From Octopus vulgaris (lineage: Eukaryota), in NCBI GenBank assembly GCA_951406725.2, contig OX597815.1:181908001-181972000 (forward strand): a stretch of DNA of 64,000 bases, given 5' to 3'. This document shows positions 13,011-25,380 of this stretch, one piece after another (the stretch's first letter is position 1; each line of letters starts with the position of its first letter). Below the pieces are notes generated by a model. It was not told where the DNA came from, did not search any database, and worked only from the letters and a program-made list of their open reading frames with translations. The translations under genes were made by a program, and so were the position numbers.

Positions 13011-13535
13011 ATGTACAAATATATATCTTCCTGAAACCTATTGGTAGCTATCCCCTTACTAGCAAGCAAGAATCAGATGTTTTGCCATAAGCTTATAAAT
13101 TTTGTGAAAGTTTCCTTGGCTTCTTGCAATTATCTTTTTACAAATAATTACTACTAGGTTTTTGTTTGCTTTCTCCAAGATAGAATTTCAGTTAACTAAA
13201 GTTTTTATAAATGCCATTCAGTACATAACCCTTTTATTTATTTATATAAATTGAAATCATTGATCCCTGCTTTAATTTTATACCTTAATTCCTTACGTTT
13301 CTGAATTATACATTTTCCAATTCCCAAGTTGTTACCAAGCTTCCATTTTTAGGAAGACAAACTGATGATAATGGTGGTCTTCCACCAAGAAGTAACTGTT
13401 TTCACTGAATTGGACCAACTTACAAATCAGCTCTCTAGGCATACAAACATAACATAATCAGTATTTCATTTCTGGATCAACATGTATCTGTAGTCAGCGA
13501 TTACTTTTGTGGGCTTTCTACCTTAGAATTATATT

Positions 13536-13890
13536 TTAAGTGATGGTATGTTACCAACTTAATGTGACAGTCCCATGAAAGGGAAGAATGCTACTGTTAT
13601 TTAGCCCTAGGAAACACCGTTTCATGTTGGCCTTGACACATTTCCTGTGTCCTTATGTTTTCAAAGGGGATGCTGGCTTTGCTGAGTGGAGGTGCTTATC
13701 TCCCCTTTGAAAATGTAAGAACACAGGAAATGTGTCATGGCCAATAGGAAACAGTGATTCCTAGGGCTGAATAGCAGTAGCATTCTTCCCTTTCATGGGA
13801 CTGCCACATGAAGTTGGCAACATACTATCACTTTATCGTGCAGCCATTGTATAAATCTCTCCAAGAGATTTAGAAATGCAATATTTCTAT
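13536..13890. mobile_element. Fold-back (palindromic) element, ~135-bp arms, ~30-bp loop
   Basis: 13536-13671 is the reverse complement of 13701-13835 (e.g. gtcccatgaaagggaagaatgctactg / cagtagcattcttccctttcatgggac); arms are homologous to those at 25.4 and 33.1 kb. Confidence 0.85.
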
Positions 13891-15657
13891 ATTTTAAGTC
13901 TTCCAATTTTTAAATAGGATGATGACACTTTTTGAGAAAAATTTGTCTTGTTCATGTTGTGGGGATAATAATAATAATGGTACATCCTTCCCATGTGATG
14001 AGTGGTATGTGCTAGTCACTATAAATAAGGTGATGTTGCCTAGTGTAAGGAGAGAATACATAGACTGTCATGGTCTTTCTTGTCTTACTAACTATACTGC
14101 TATGCAAGAGTGACGCATTATAACAATCCAACATTAAGGATTACAACAGTTCAAGAAATTGCTCAAGGGACCACATTGGAATTACTTTGCTTAGAAAACT
14201 GCACTGAGTCCATGTTCTTTCAGGAGAAACTCTGGTTTTGAAGTACCACTTTTGTTGGTTTGGCTGTATAATCTGAATGAAACACTAGCATTTATAATGC
14301 AACTTTAAGTATATGAATAACCTGTTCTCAGGTAAAGATTTCTTTATTCCATTGAAGGATATTATTAAGATAGAACGAAATATTTTGATATCACTGCTGT
14401 CTTTAAGAAAGCTGAAGCACCTGGAAGGAAATCTGTTGATTAGTCACCTTTGTGTATTTGCCACTTAACAGCTGAATATCCTGAGGATATGCAGAGGAAA
14501 TCATTATGGAACAAACTCCATTTCATCTGCTGTAGTCACTGGATTTTAGCTTTCCAAAACAACTAGTATACATGTCGCTACTTTAAAAAAAGTAGATTTT
14601 AGAAAATGTAATCATAGTTAGATGATGTCTGAATATAGAAGACAAACTGGCCATTGCTTCGGGGGCTTTCAATGAGGACTAATCTGCAAGCACAACAACA
14701 ACAGCAACAACAACAACTACATCTCCATTTACAAACAACTATATTTTCCTTAACCACAGGCATGGTGTTAGTTTCCTGGTGGTGCAAAGCAGTCATGAAT
14801 CACTACCATTACATCATTTCATTTTTTTTTCGTTTTTGGATTTAGTTTGCAAGGTTCTTTATATGAGTTGGTGTGTTGAAGCATATTCTGTTGTGTCTGG
14901 GGAGAGTCATTCTCTTTTTGTGCCTTATAATATAACACACTCACCAGCAAAATTTCCACTTTTTTCTTATTTTTATTCTCCTAAAATTTTCGTTGCGTCT
15001 TGCAACCTTTTCAATAGTTTTGACTTTTCATTTTTTTTCATTTTTATTTTACTTTTCTCTGTTAACTGGCTCTGATTTATATGTTCATCTCTTAACCATA
15101 TCCCACAGGAGGCTTGACATACGAGACCATATGCGCATATACTTATCTACATATGCCTGTATCTATATATCTGTATACATACACATCAATACACTCAAAC
15201 ACATATACATACCCTCACGAGAATACGATAAATATAATATTTGATTTGAATTTAGTTCTGTTACTCATGAGATTAAATGTTCTTTTTGTTGCTTGGTTAA
15301 TCAATAAAGAAGTCAGTAATTCCAAAGAATCTATTGATTCTAATAACCAATATATGATTGAATGCAATAGAATTAGGTTTCATACATAACACCATGGGAT
15401 TCCTGGAAAGTAATCTCATGATTTGGAGTCATAGAAGAACTTAAGTTGCTATAAATACAGAATTACCTATACTTGTGTATGAATATCTTCAGAGTTTTCT
15501 GAGAACATTTAGCTTCTCCTTGTTGCAGCATAATAAAAAGTAATATTTAATCAATACATAAAAATAGTTGACCAAACAAACAGAACAATTAAACTATTTG
15601 TACCGAACATGTCATTAATATAACAACTGCAAATGTTGCTGAACTCCGTTTTCACTT

Positions 15658-16092
15658 TTTCTTCTTCTTCTTCTTCTTCTCCTTCTTCTTCTTCTTCTCC
15701 TCCTCCTCCTTTTTCTTCTTCTCCTCCTCCTCCTTCTTCTTCTCCTCCTCCTCTTCCTCCTCCTTCTTCTTCTTCTTCTTCTTCTCCTCCTCCTCCTCCT
15801 TCTTCTTCTTCTTCTTCTTCTCCTCCTCCTCCTCCTCCTCCTCCTCCTTCTTCTTCTTCTTCTTCTTCTCCTCCTCCTCCTCCTCCTCCTCCTTCTTCTT
15901 CTTCTTCTTCTCCTCCTCCTCCTTTTTCTTCTTCTTCTTCTTCTTCTCCTCCTCCTCCTCCTCCTCCTCCTTCTTCTTCTTCTTCTTCTTCTCCTTCTTC
16001 TCCTCCCCTCCCCCCCCTCCCCCATCCTCCTCATTCTCCTTCTCCTTCTTCTTCTCCGCCTCCCCCTTCTTCTTCTTCCTCCTCCTTCTTTT
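15658..16092. repeat. (CTT)n/(CCT)n polypyrimidine-polypurine tract
   Basis: ~430 bp almost purely C/T on the + strand. Confidence 0.95.
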
Positions 16093-16144
16093 CAATGTTA
16101 TATTTGACTCAGTTATTATTACTAGTAGAGACTATATTACGTAT

Positions 16145-16850
16145 CGTGGTATTTCGTCAGTTATGACGGCGAGGGTTCCTGTTGATCCGATCAATGGAAT
16201 AGCCTTTTACTTACTTTTTTTACTTACTTGTTTCAGTCATTTGACTGCGGCCTTGCTGGAGCACTGTCTGTGTCAAGCAAATCGACACCAGGACTTAGTC
16301 TTTGTAAGCCTCATACTTATTCTATCAGTCTCTTTTGCCAAACCGCTAAGTTATGGGAACACAAACACACCAGCATCGGTTGTCAAGCGATGTTGGTGGG
16401 GACAAGCACAGACACACAAACATACACACAAACATACACACACACACACATATATATATACGACGGGCTTCTTTCAGTTTCCGTCTACCAAATCCACTCA
16501 CAAGGCTTTGGTCAGCCCAAGGCTATAGTAGAAGACACTTGTCCAAAGTGCCATGCAGTGGGACTGAACCCAGAACCATGTGGTTCATAAGCAAGCTACT
16601 TACCACACAGCCACTCCTATGCCTGCTTGTGAAATTAACGTGCAAGTGGCTGAGCACTCCAAAGACATGTGTACACTTAACATAGTTGTTGGGGAGATTC
16701 AGCATGACACAGAGTGTGACAAGGCTGGCCCTTTGAAATACAGGTGCAACAGAAACAGGAAGAAAGAGGGAGAGAAAGTTGTGGTGAAAGAATACAGGAG
16801 GGTTCGCCACCCACCCCCCTGCTGGAGCCTCGAGCTTTAGGTGTTTTTAC
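16145..16850 (-). mobile_element. SINE family C interrupted by a full-length family B SINE (16205-16622)
   Basis: gagggttcctgttgatccga..agcct | family B | gcctgcttgtgaaattaacg..gagctttaggtgtttt. Confidence 0.85.
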
Positions 16851-17149
16851 TGTGATTCTGTCCCTCAGTTTCCCTGCTATCGTTATTCTTGAGCTCTAAA
16901 TGCAAATATTTATGTATTTGCTCAAGAGCCCAGCTGGAGAGTAAACTTAGGCCCATGTCTGAGAAGGTTAAAAACTGAGCTATAGCACCATGCAGTACTT
17001 TTTACATCTGGCTGTTCTGTTGAAAACTCTCTTGGTCAAAGACAAATGGTAACACTGGTGACAAGATTTGAATGCCAATCCTTCAACTGATTCTTTTTCA
17101 ACTTGATTGGCTATAAAGACTATGTTGGTGAATTAACAGTTGCTGTGTT

Positions 17150-17290
17150 CATCTATCAATAATTTGGAATATGGAAGTCATCAGCATAGGTGTATAAATA
17201 GAATATATCTTGTTATAAGGCTTCAGCTGAGTTTTGAACCATCTCACTCAGAGACCCAGGACAGAACCAAAACTCAACTATATTGTCACA
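17150..17290 (-). mobile_element. Very old non-LTR RT remnant (CR1/L2 group)
   Basis: Minus strand gives GSVLG (ggttctgtcctgggt) and downstream TYADDF (acctatgctgatgacttc) at plausible spacing. Confidence 0.5.
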
Positions 17291-17679
17291 AAAGCAAAGG
17301 CTAGTTACAAGAAATTAACCAAGTCATCATAAAATAATTAATACCTACATGACTATGGTTCAATCAATTAGACTGGCTGGTGAGTAATCAAATAGCAGTA
17401 GACTTGAAAGTAAGTTTTGTGAATTTCCCCACCAAATAGTCCAGCTGAAAGTTCCAGAAGATTTTACTGAACAATATAAAAGTTGGGAGATTAAACTCTT
17501 AAACAGAACAACCTCATTGCTACACAAAACTCTGTTGGTCAGTTTTAACGACAATGATGATGATGATGTTTTCACTTTTTTTATTTGTCCTCTCTTTAAT
17601 TATGAGTTATTTTTATATTGATAACTAAATTATTTTATGTAATGATGACTTTTAGCAATCAGATTCACAACCCATTGTA

Positions 17680-18947
17680 CGAGGGACGTTCAATAAGTAA
17701 TGCCCCTAACCCACTCGTTGTTTGATCTAGCTGAAATTTTGCATGTGCAATTATTGATATCTTTATAGATTAAGTGGCAAATTACAGCTCTGAACTAATT
17801 GTGGTTTCTGATTTACAGATGTTTGAACTGAGTCAAGTGTGAAATGGAGCCTGTTGAGTGTCGAGTAGTGATCTGGTTTTTGTATTTGAAAGGATGCACA
17901 CCACGGGAGACTTTTGATGAAATGAAAGTAACTTATGGTGATGATGCCCCATCATATGACCTTGTAAAACGCTGGCATTGTGAATTCAAACATGGTCGGA
18001 ACTCTGTGGAAACAGCTCCCAGATCTGGTCGCCCCCTTCTGCCATTGATGAGGCATCTGTCTGTCAAGTTGAGGCTGCCATTTTGGAAGATCGACGCATA
18101 ACTATTCGCCAAATAGCCCATGAGGTCAAGATTAGTACCGGGTCTGTGGAAATTATCATTCATGACCATTTGCATATGCAAAAGGTGTCTGCCAGATGGA
18201 TTCCCAAGTTGCTCACACCTTTCAAGAAGCAAGAACGCGTCGAGTGCTCGAGGATGAATTTGGAGATGTGCCAAGAAGATGAGTCAAAATTTTTCAAAAG
18301 ACTGATTACACAGGATGAAACCTGGGTCCATCACTATGATCCAGAGACCAAAGCCCAGTCAATGCAGTGGAAGCACCATGACTCACCTCCTCCAAAGAAG
18401 GCAAGGGTGCAGCCCTCCGCTGGCAAGGTCATGCTCACAGTCTTCTGGGACCAGGACGGAGTAGTGATGACAGATTTCCTGGCAAAGGGTACCACAATTA
18501 CAGGAGCCTATTATGCTTCACTTTTGAGGAAATTAAGAGAAGCTATCAAAATCAAGAGGCGGAGTAAGATCAGCAAAGGCATCCTCCTCCTGCAGGACAA
18601 CGCTCCGGTTCACAACTCGCGTGTTGCCAGATCAGAAGCACAGGCGTGCGGCTATGAACTCCTCCCCCATCCCTTACACTCCTGACCTTGCACCCTCTGA
18701 TTTTCACCTCTTCCCAGCCATGAAGTTGTTTTTGAAAGGAAAGCGTTTCCCAGATGATGCAGCCTTGATTTCTGAAGTCATGTTGTGGTTGGAGGACCAA
18801 GCTGGGGTCTTCTACAAAAACGGTCTTCAGAGCTGCATCAAACTCTGCGTGGTTTCTATGTAGAAAAAGACTAATAACTGTGCCAAGTTTCGTTGCTCTA
18901 CTGCTATGGGAAGTGGGTCAGGGGCATTACTTATTGAAGGCCCCTCG
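17680..18947 (+). mobile_element. Near full-length mariner (DD34D, irritans/Himar1-like) with TIRs and TA TSD
   Basis: TA-cgagggacgttcaataagtaatgcccctaaccca ... tgggtcaggggcattacttattgaaggcccctcg-TA; 1268 bp. Confidence 0.95.
17844..18874 (+). pseudogene. Mariner transposase pseudogene (frameshifts near 18035 and 18670, small C-terminal deletion)
   Basis: HTH region, WIPKLL, TQDETW, SAGKVMLTVFWD, QDNAPVH and PDLAPSDFHLF; 34 residues between the 2nd and 3rd Asp after frame repair. Confidence 0.92.
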
Positions 18948-18984
18948 TATGATACTATATTCAAATAATTGTTGTATATATGAC

Positions 18985-19261
18985 TGTTGCCAGCGCCGTC
19001 TGGCCCCCGTGCTGGTGGCACATAAAAAGCAGAATACAATCATGGCCGTTTGCCAGCCTCCCCTGGCACCTGTGCAGGTGGCACGTAAAAAGCACCCACT
19101 ACACTCACGGAGTGGTTGGCGTTAGGAAGGGCATCCAGCCGTAGAAACACTGCCAGATCAGACTGGGCCTGGCACAGCCTTCTGGCTTCCCAGACCCCAG
19201 TTGAACCATCCAACCCATGCTAGCATCGAAAACGGACGTTAAATGATGATGATGATGATGT
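18985..19261 (+). mobile_element. RTE LINE 3' end fragment
   Basis: Two ggtggcac.taaaaagca units, conserved 3' core, (gat)n tail. Confidence 0.85.
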
Positions 19262-19809
19262 AAGTGCAAATGCTTCAAGAAGTATACAGGCTCTTATACA
19301 TATATAAGTGTGATCATTCTCCCGTTGACATTCAGCTTACCAAATATTGTGTTATTAACAATAATGAATTAATGACCAGACTTACAAAAATGAAGATCAC
19401 TACTAAATTAGTAACTCCATTGCCTACCATTAAAATGATGACCCTGATGGACCTGGAAAAATTCTCTACAAATGTGGAATCTGAATGAATACAACCCATC
19501 AACTACAGAAGCCATTTCTCAAAGCCAATACAAACTCATATATAGTGCTGTGCCTCATTTGTTTCCATCATTCTAACATACAACCACAGCAAAGAACAAT
19601 ATTTGGTTGCTATTTTTAGCCAGTTTTTGGTATTTTCATGTAAGACAGTAGATGATATTTTTGCAACATGTCTGTCTGTCTGTTCCACTTGTTCATGCCT
19701 GTTGCTTCATCACTCACTAGTGTAACTAGATGAAATTAAAATTTAGCCATGTCTTCTCTACATAGTGAGACTCCTGTTTTAGTATCACAAGCAGCTTTAT
19801 TCTTGCATC

Positions 19810-20194
19810 CATGCTAGAGGAGCACTAAAAGCACCATCCGAGCGTGATCATTGCTAGAGCAGCTAAGTAGCACATAAAAAGCACCATTCGAGCGTGATTG
19901 TTACCAGTGTCGCCTTACTGGCACTTGTGCCAGTGTGCAGGTAACATGTAAAAAACACGATTTTTTCATGGCCGTTGCCAGGACAGCCTGACTGGCCCCT
20001 GTGCCAGTGGCACGTAAAAGCACTCACAACACTCTCGGAGTGGTTAGCATTAGGAAGGGCATCCAGCTGTAGAAACTCTGCCAGATCAAGATTGGAGCCT
20101 GGTGCAGCCATCTGGTGAACCAGTCCTCAGTCAAATCGTCCAACCCATGGCAGCATGGAAAGTGGACGTTAAACAAAGATGATGATGATGATGA
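19810..20194 (+). mobile_element. RTE LINE 3' UTR fragment
   Basis: Repeated taaaaagcaccat.cgagcgtgat units, conserved core, (gat)n tail. Confidence 0.85.
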
Positions 20195-20451
20195 CCTTCA
20201 TGGAGATGCTGTAATTTGGTTCACACAGTTGGAAGCACCTTTTCAGTGGCTAAGAAAATCCAGTCAGAGTCCTATCAACTTAATTTGTTAATAAGTGTTC
20301 TCCCACTAGCTTTAAGCAGTGAAATAAAGGACTTCATTACAGCTCCTGCAGGGACCATGCTGTATCAGAAAGTTAAACTAGAAATATTAAACTGCAAGCA
20401 CAGTTCTTGGCTAAAGTGTTCACATCAACTTCTATTTAGTGAATCTTCACA

Positions 20452-20856
20452 ACTCTTTACTCTTTTACTTGTTTCAGTCATTTGACTGCGGCCATGCTGG
20501 AGCACCGCCTTTAATTGAGCAAATCAACACCCAGGACTTATTCTTTGTAAGCCTAGTACTTATTCTATCGGTCTCTTTTGCCGAACTGCTAAGTTACGGG
20601 GGACGTAAACACACTAGCATCGGTTGTCAAGTGATGTTGGGGGACAAACACAAACACAGACACACATACATATATATATATATACATAGATACGACGGGC
20701 TTCTTTCAGTTTCCATCTATCAAATCCACTCTCATGGCTTTGGTTGGCCCGAGGCTATAGTAGAAGACACCTGCCCATGGTGCCACGCAGTGGGACTGAA
20801 CTCAGAACATGTGGTTGGTAAGCAAGCTACTTACCACACAGCCACTCCTGCGCCTA
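20452..20856 (-). mobile_element. SINE family B, full length, nested in Gypsy gag
   Basis: ctcttttacttgtttcagtcatttgactgcggccatgctgg...cttaccacacagccactcctgcgcct. Confidence 0.9.
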
Positions 20857-22112
20857 TATTATGAAATATGAGGAATTGGTTGAAAATAATTCCTGAGAGG
20901 GAACTTTCTTGAAATTGTTGTTCCTATCACATTTACCAGGCAATTTTACCATTAGTAAGAGAGAACAGCCCTGTCGATCAACTGGTGAAATAAATGGATG
21001 GTATTAATGACATTTCACTTTCCGATTCCTCTATTTTTTTCAGTTCCTCTATTGTTTTAGAATTGGTGGTATTCTGTAAGTTTAGCAAAGGCATGATTCG
21101 GTACACAAAGATAAAATAGCAAGTCTTGAAACATCTCATTTTCCTGTAAGTTCCACTTAACATTCCAAAACTTTGGTATGTTGGCATTATTACAAATTAG
21201 GCTTGAATGTTCAACAGTGTATACAACCTCACTTCTTTCCGTCTACTTCAAAGCCATTGTCTGACATTTCAACAGAGAGTCACCTGTTTTATGTTTTTTA
21301 TTCATCCTTGAAATCTCATTTTCTTGTAGATATTGGTGCTGAATGCATTGACCTTAGAGATTTTTACAAGGCACATGGCAGCTGATATGGGTTATTTTGC
21401 GTGCTGTAAGCCATTCAACAATACCAACTTATGGAGAAAAAAATGAATAAACATCTATGACACTACACTTGAATTTATGTGGAATTTTTGAATGAATTTT
21501 CATCATAGCTGATTTTCATATCCAATTATTGGCACTGATTTTTTTCATCATTTTAGTCTCCCAGTTGATTAAAATAATTAAAAATTAATTCATTTAATTG
21601 CTAATTTATAGATACATGGTTTTAGTGCTAAGAGTACTATTATCAGTCTTTTTTTTCTTCTTTGCCACTTCTACATCTAACAATTATCATGCTCTTTCTA
21701 GTCAGTTTCCAAACATCATTAAACCACATTTTTGTGGTAGAAAAACGTTACTTTTAGTAACAGATCATATCATTACCAATGGTATTTCTGTTTCTGCTAA
21801 TCCTAGACATCTTTGAAATTACAGAGCAATTTAGCTTCATGCTACAGTTTGGTATTATTCAGGCTTCTTTTCATAAGTAGTTTCTCCTCTCCATATGATG
21901 TCAAAAAAGACTGGATGGGATTAATGTCCTTATGGAGCCTAGAAGACATCAAATTCTAGAACAGTGCCCAATAAATAACTAATTCCCCATATCCATGATT
22001 TCCCAGCCTCTCTTTGTGGTGCTAGTTTTCCAAAGATTTATTTCATGCTCATAATCAGTCTTTGATAGAAGCCAGTGACTTTCATAAGACAATAATTATT
22101 TCATCTTGTTGA

Positions 22113-22342
22113 AGACGGTCAGCAGGCAGAATCGTTAGCACACCAGGCGAAATGCTTAGTGGTATTCCGTCTGCCGCTATATTCTGAGTTCAAATTCCAC
22201 AGAGGTCGACTTTGCCTTTCATCCTTTTGGGGTCGATTAAATAAGTACCAGTTACGCACTGGGGTCGATGTAATCAACTTAGTCCCTTTGTCTATCCTTG
22301 TTTGTCCCCTTTGTGTTTAGCACCTCGTGGGCAATAAAGAAT
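22113..22342 (+). mobile_element. SINE family A nested in Gypsy RT
   Basis: Full body; degenerate TSD aattatttcatcttgttg / aactattccatcttttg. Confidence 0.85.
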
Positions 22343-22821
22343 TAAACTATTCCATCTTTTGGACTATATGATTTCATTAAAATGCATTTTGGGCTCAGGA
22401 ATTCACTGAAATACTTGCAAAGATTTATTGATGAAGGTACTCAGAGTTTGAACTTTGAACTTTGAGTTTACTTACATTGGTGTTTTATTGATTGCATATA
22501 TTTCCAAACTAAAGTATAAATGTCATCAAAATCAACTCTTTTCGAGATTACCATATTACAGCAAGGTGATTGACATTAGCAAATGTTTTTCTGGTGTTTG
22601 ATCCGTAACCCTTTTAGGCCTCATCACTGATAGCAATAGCATTTGCCACATGCCAGAAAAGATAGATGCAATTTTGTGGTTTTCAGCTCCTTCTTCATTA
22701 CAAAAATTACGTGAATTTCTACAGATATTTTATTCCACACTGTACTGAAATGATTTACTCTTTAACAGAATTGTTATGACATCAGGAAAAAGAAGAAAGG
22801 AAACATTCTTTTAACACTGAA

Positions 22822-23036
22822 AGGCGGCGAGCTGGCAGAAACATTAGCACACCGGGTGAAATGCTTAGCGGTATTTCGTCTGTCTTTACGTCCTGAGTTC
22901 AAATTCCACCGAGGTCGACTTTGCCTTTCATCCTTTCGGGGTCAATAAATTAAGTACCAGTTATGTACTGCGATCGGTCTAATCGACTGCCCCACCCCAC
23001 AAGAATTTCAGGCCTTGTACCTAGTGTAGAAAAGAT
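22822..23036 (+). mobile_element. SINE family A (alternative tail) with TSD, nested in Gypsy pol
   Basis: aggcggcgagctggcagaaac...; TSD ttctttt(t)aacactgaa on both sides. Confidence 0.9.
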
Positions 23037-23586
23037 TTCTTTTTAACACTGAAGAATGACAGTTGTTTAATGAAATTAAAGAGAAATTATCCAAGGCCAC
23101 CCTATTAACTCATCCCCCAATACCAGATGCACCCCTTCTTCTGTTAGTGAATGTTTCTAATGTGGGAATTCTTAGTGTTTCATAGCAATTTATTATGTAT
23201 TCTTGGTTACCTTTGACCATTTTTTCAAAGCATTTAAAACCAGTTGGAACTAGATGTGGTATTTTTAGTCAGGAATTATTTGCCGAATATTTGTTAAGTA
23301 TTTTCACAATTTTCAAGAAGGAAGAATCTTTGTCTTATATACTGACCACAAGCCATTAACTTTTGCTCTTCAGTTTAAATTGGACAAACATTCTCCAAGA
23401 GAATTTGCTTTGATTTTGTATTATGGTTTATTGCTGATAGTTATTATGTCAAGGGCGCCAAGAATTATGCAGCTGATGTTTTATCCTAAGTTAATGTGAA
23501 TTCTCTGCACTCCAATGATTCTATTGATTTGGGACAAAAATGATATTAATATAGGAAATGGTTATGATAATAATAATAATAATAAT

Positions 23587-23967
23587 CAGCAAAATGTGGA
23601 ACCTGAAGACTAAAACAATACCGGTTGTCATAGGTGCCCTGGTAATGATAGCGAAAGGGGCTGATTGCTACCTAACTCAGATACCAGGAAACCCCAAAAT
23701 GGCAGAAATTCAAAAGATAGTGCTCATGGGAACTGCTCATATCCTACGCAAAATACTTTCTATGTAAACTCAAGGTTTAAAACAAACATTTAAAAAAAAT
23801 TTTTTTTTTTTTTTTTTTTAGACATCCACTAGTACAACACAAAAAACAACCAAATATATGGCACACTAGGCATAACAACAACGTGAGCTTCCAACCTGTT
23901 GTCTCTTGAGGTCTCTGGGTGAGACTTGGAGCCAACTTGTACAAATATAAAGCAAAAGTCAAATATA
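23587..23967 (+). mobile_element. R4/Dong-like (RLE clade) non-LTR retrotransposon 3' fragment in a (TAA)n microsatellite
   Basis: MWNLKTKTIPVVIGAL...IQKIVLMGTAHILRKIL* resembles the RLE-clade C-terminus; (TAA)n on both flanks. Confidence 0.75.
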
Positions 23968-23984
23968 TAATAATAATAATAATA

Positions 23985-24205
23985 TTGAACGGGATGGATT
24001 ATTCAACCAGAAGAAAATTCTAACTGGGCCCCACCTGCAAGGTCATGTGCTGTTTATCTTGATATGAGATCACCATGTCGCGCACACATGGTTGTGATGC
24101 ATGTGCCTAGTGTACCCTTATCAGATGGGTAGTCATGACAGGTATACTGGGCTTCGTATATTTTACTCCAGTGTCACTTTGATGGCATGCACTGCTCTCT
24201 CACTC

Positions 24206-24235
<30 letters not shown>
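23985..24235 (+). mobile_element. AAT-associated retroposon 3' part
   Basis: Ends atggcatgcactgctctctcactc(aat)n; homologous to the 11.2-11.7 kb and 31.8 kb copies. Confidence 0.75.
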
Positions 24236-24236
<1 letters not shown>

Positions 24237-25380
24237 TAGGAAATGGTTGTAGAATTACTATAACAGCAAAACTGTCATACTTTTTTAGAATTCCACCTGG
24301 TCTCTCATCAAGCATTCTTCATGGGATATTTCTCCTGGTCCCATTCTTCATGGGATATTTCTTCTGGTCATGAACCTTTTGCACCTGCTAAACAAGTACT
24401 CAGTTTTTTTTTTCCACTCTTTACAATTTATCTCACGCAGGAGTTGCAGCATCAGAAAAACTCCTTCCCTCTCAGTTCATTTGGCCAGACACAAACAGGA
24501 ATGTCTGTTCGTGTCTGATAATATAATCCTATAAACCTAGGATTAAATACCTTGTTGAAAAGCAAAAGTTCATCATCATATTGGAACACCCCAAGAACTT
24601 CTGCTATGCCAGTGGCTCGCTTATGGTGAAGGTCACTCCCATTGGTTTTGACGTGTTTGACGTGTTTGAGTGTTTGAAGGAGAGGACTTAAGGTTAAGGG
24701 AAGTAATAGGAAAAACGAAAAGAAAAAGACACTGAGGAGCTGCAGCTATTTGTGATGGATGCATAAATGTAATTTCAGTCCAAGTATAGAATTTGCTATG
24801 AAATTGCAACGGGATCATTGATGATTTTGATTTTACCTGCGATTGGGCAAGTGGGTCTGTTGGTTGTTTTCTTCTATTGTTTTTTTTCCTTCAGCTCAAA
24901 TTACTTGGATGCATCATGACACATCTTACACCATGAAGATGGCTCACTTATAACACATACGTATATTATTGTGTTGTGTGGACGCCCCCAAACGATGAAG
25001 TAGGCTAGCCCAATACGTAGATATAGAGGGAGAAGTCTAGACGTCAATACCAGGAGGATTCACACTATGTCTTACCCTGTGGCAAAGTGAATGACTGAAC
25101 ATCTTCATCACCAACATAAAAGCGTCTGCTGAAGCATAAAGTAACATGGATATAAGGTTGGAATATCAGCCGATTACACTGCTGAGTATCGGAATATCAA
25201 AGAACTTCTGCTATTCCAATATCTCGTTTTTAACACATACACATACTGTTAAGCCTTAACAGACCTATGCTTTAGTCCAGCAGAACTGCTATGTGGTATG
25301 GTATCAACTCTTCCTGGCAGTGGCACGATCACAAATAATAACTTTAAAACTATCATTACATTAAAACTATCATTACAAAC

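Larger units (their letters stand above)
20195..24600 (+). mobile_element. Decayed Ty3/Gypsy LTR retrotransposon gag-pol (CsRn1-like) with five nested insertions
   Basis: Motifs in the Gypsy order gag-PR-RT-RH-IN: gag IWFTQLEA, LP...SEIKDFI, CWHYYKLG..C; protease LFYV..FLVDIGAE; RT SPLHMMSKK, IPHIHDF, FGLYDFIKMHFGLRN..LQRFIDE; RNase H DAPL, FSKHLKP, YTDHKPL, GAKNYAADVLS; integrase zinc region LSHAGVAAS, FIWP, KVHHH. Many stops; LTRs not identified. Confidence 0.9.

Noticed and set aside
15615-16166. Poly-Arg (protamine-like), poly-Glu/Lys and poly-Ser/Pro ORFs
   Set aside because: These are translations of the CTT/CCT repeat, which lacks stop codons in several frames; there is no gene context
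24970-25237. Solo LTR (tgtgtt...aacaca) possibly belonging to the Gypsy element
   Set aside because: No TSD, no second copy upstream of gag, and no clear PPT or PBS
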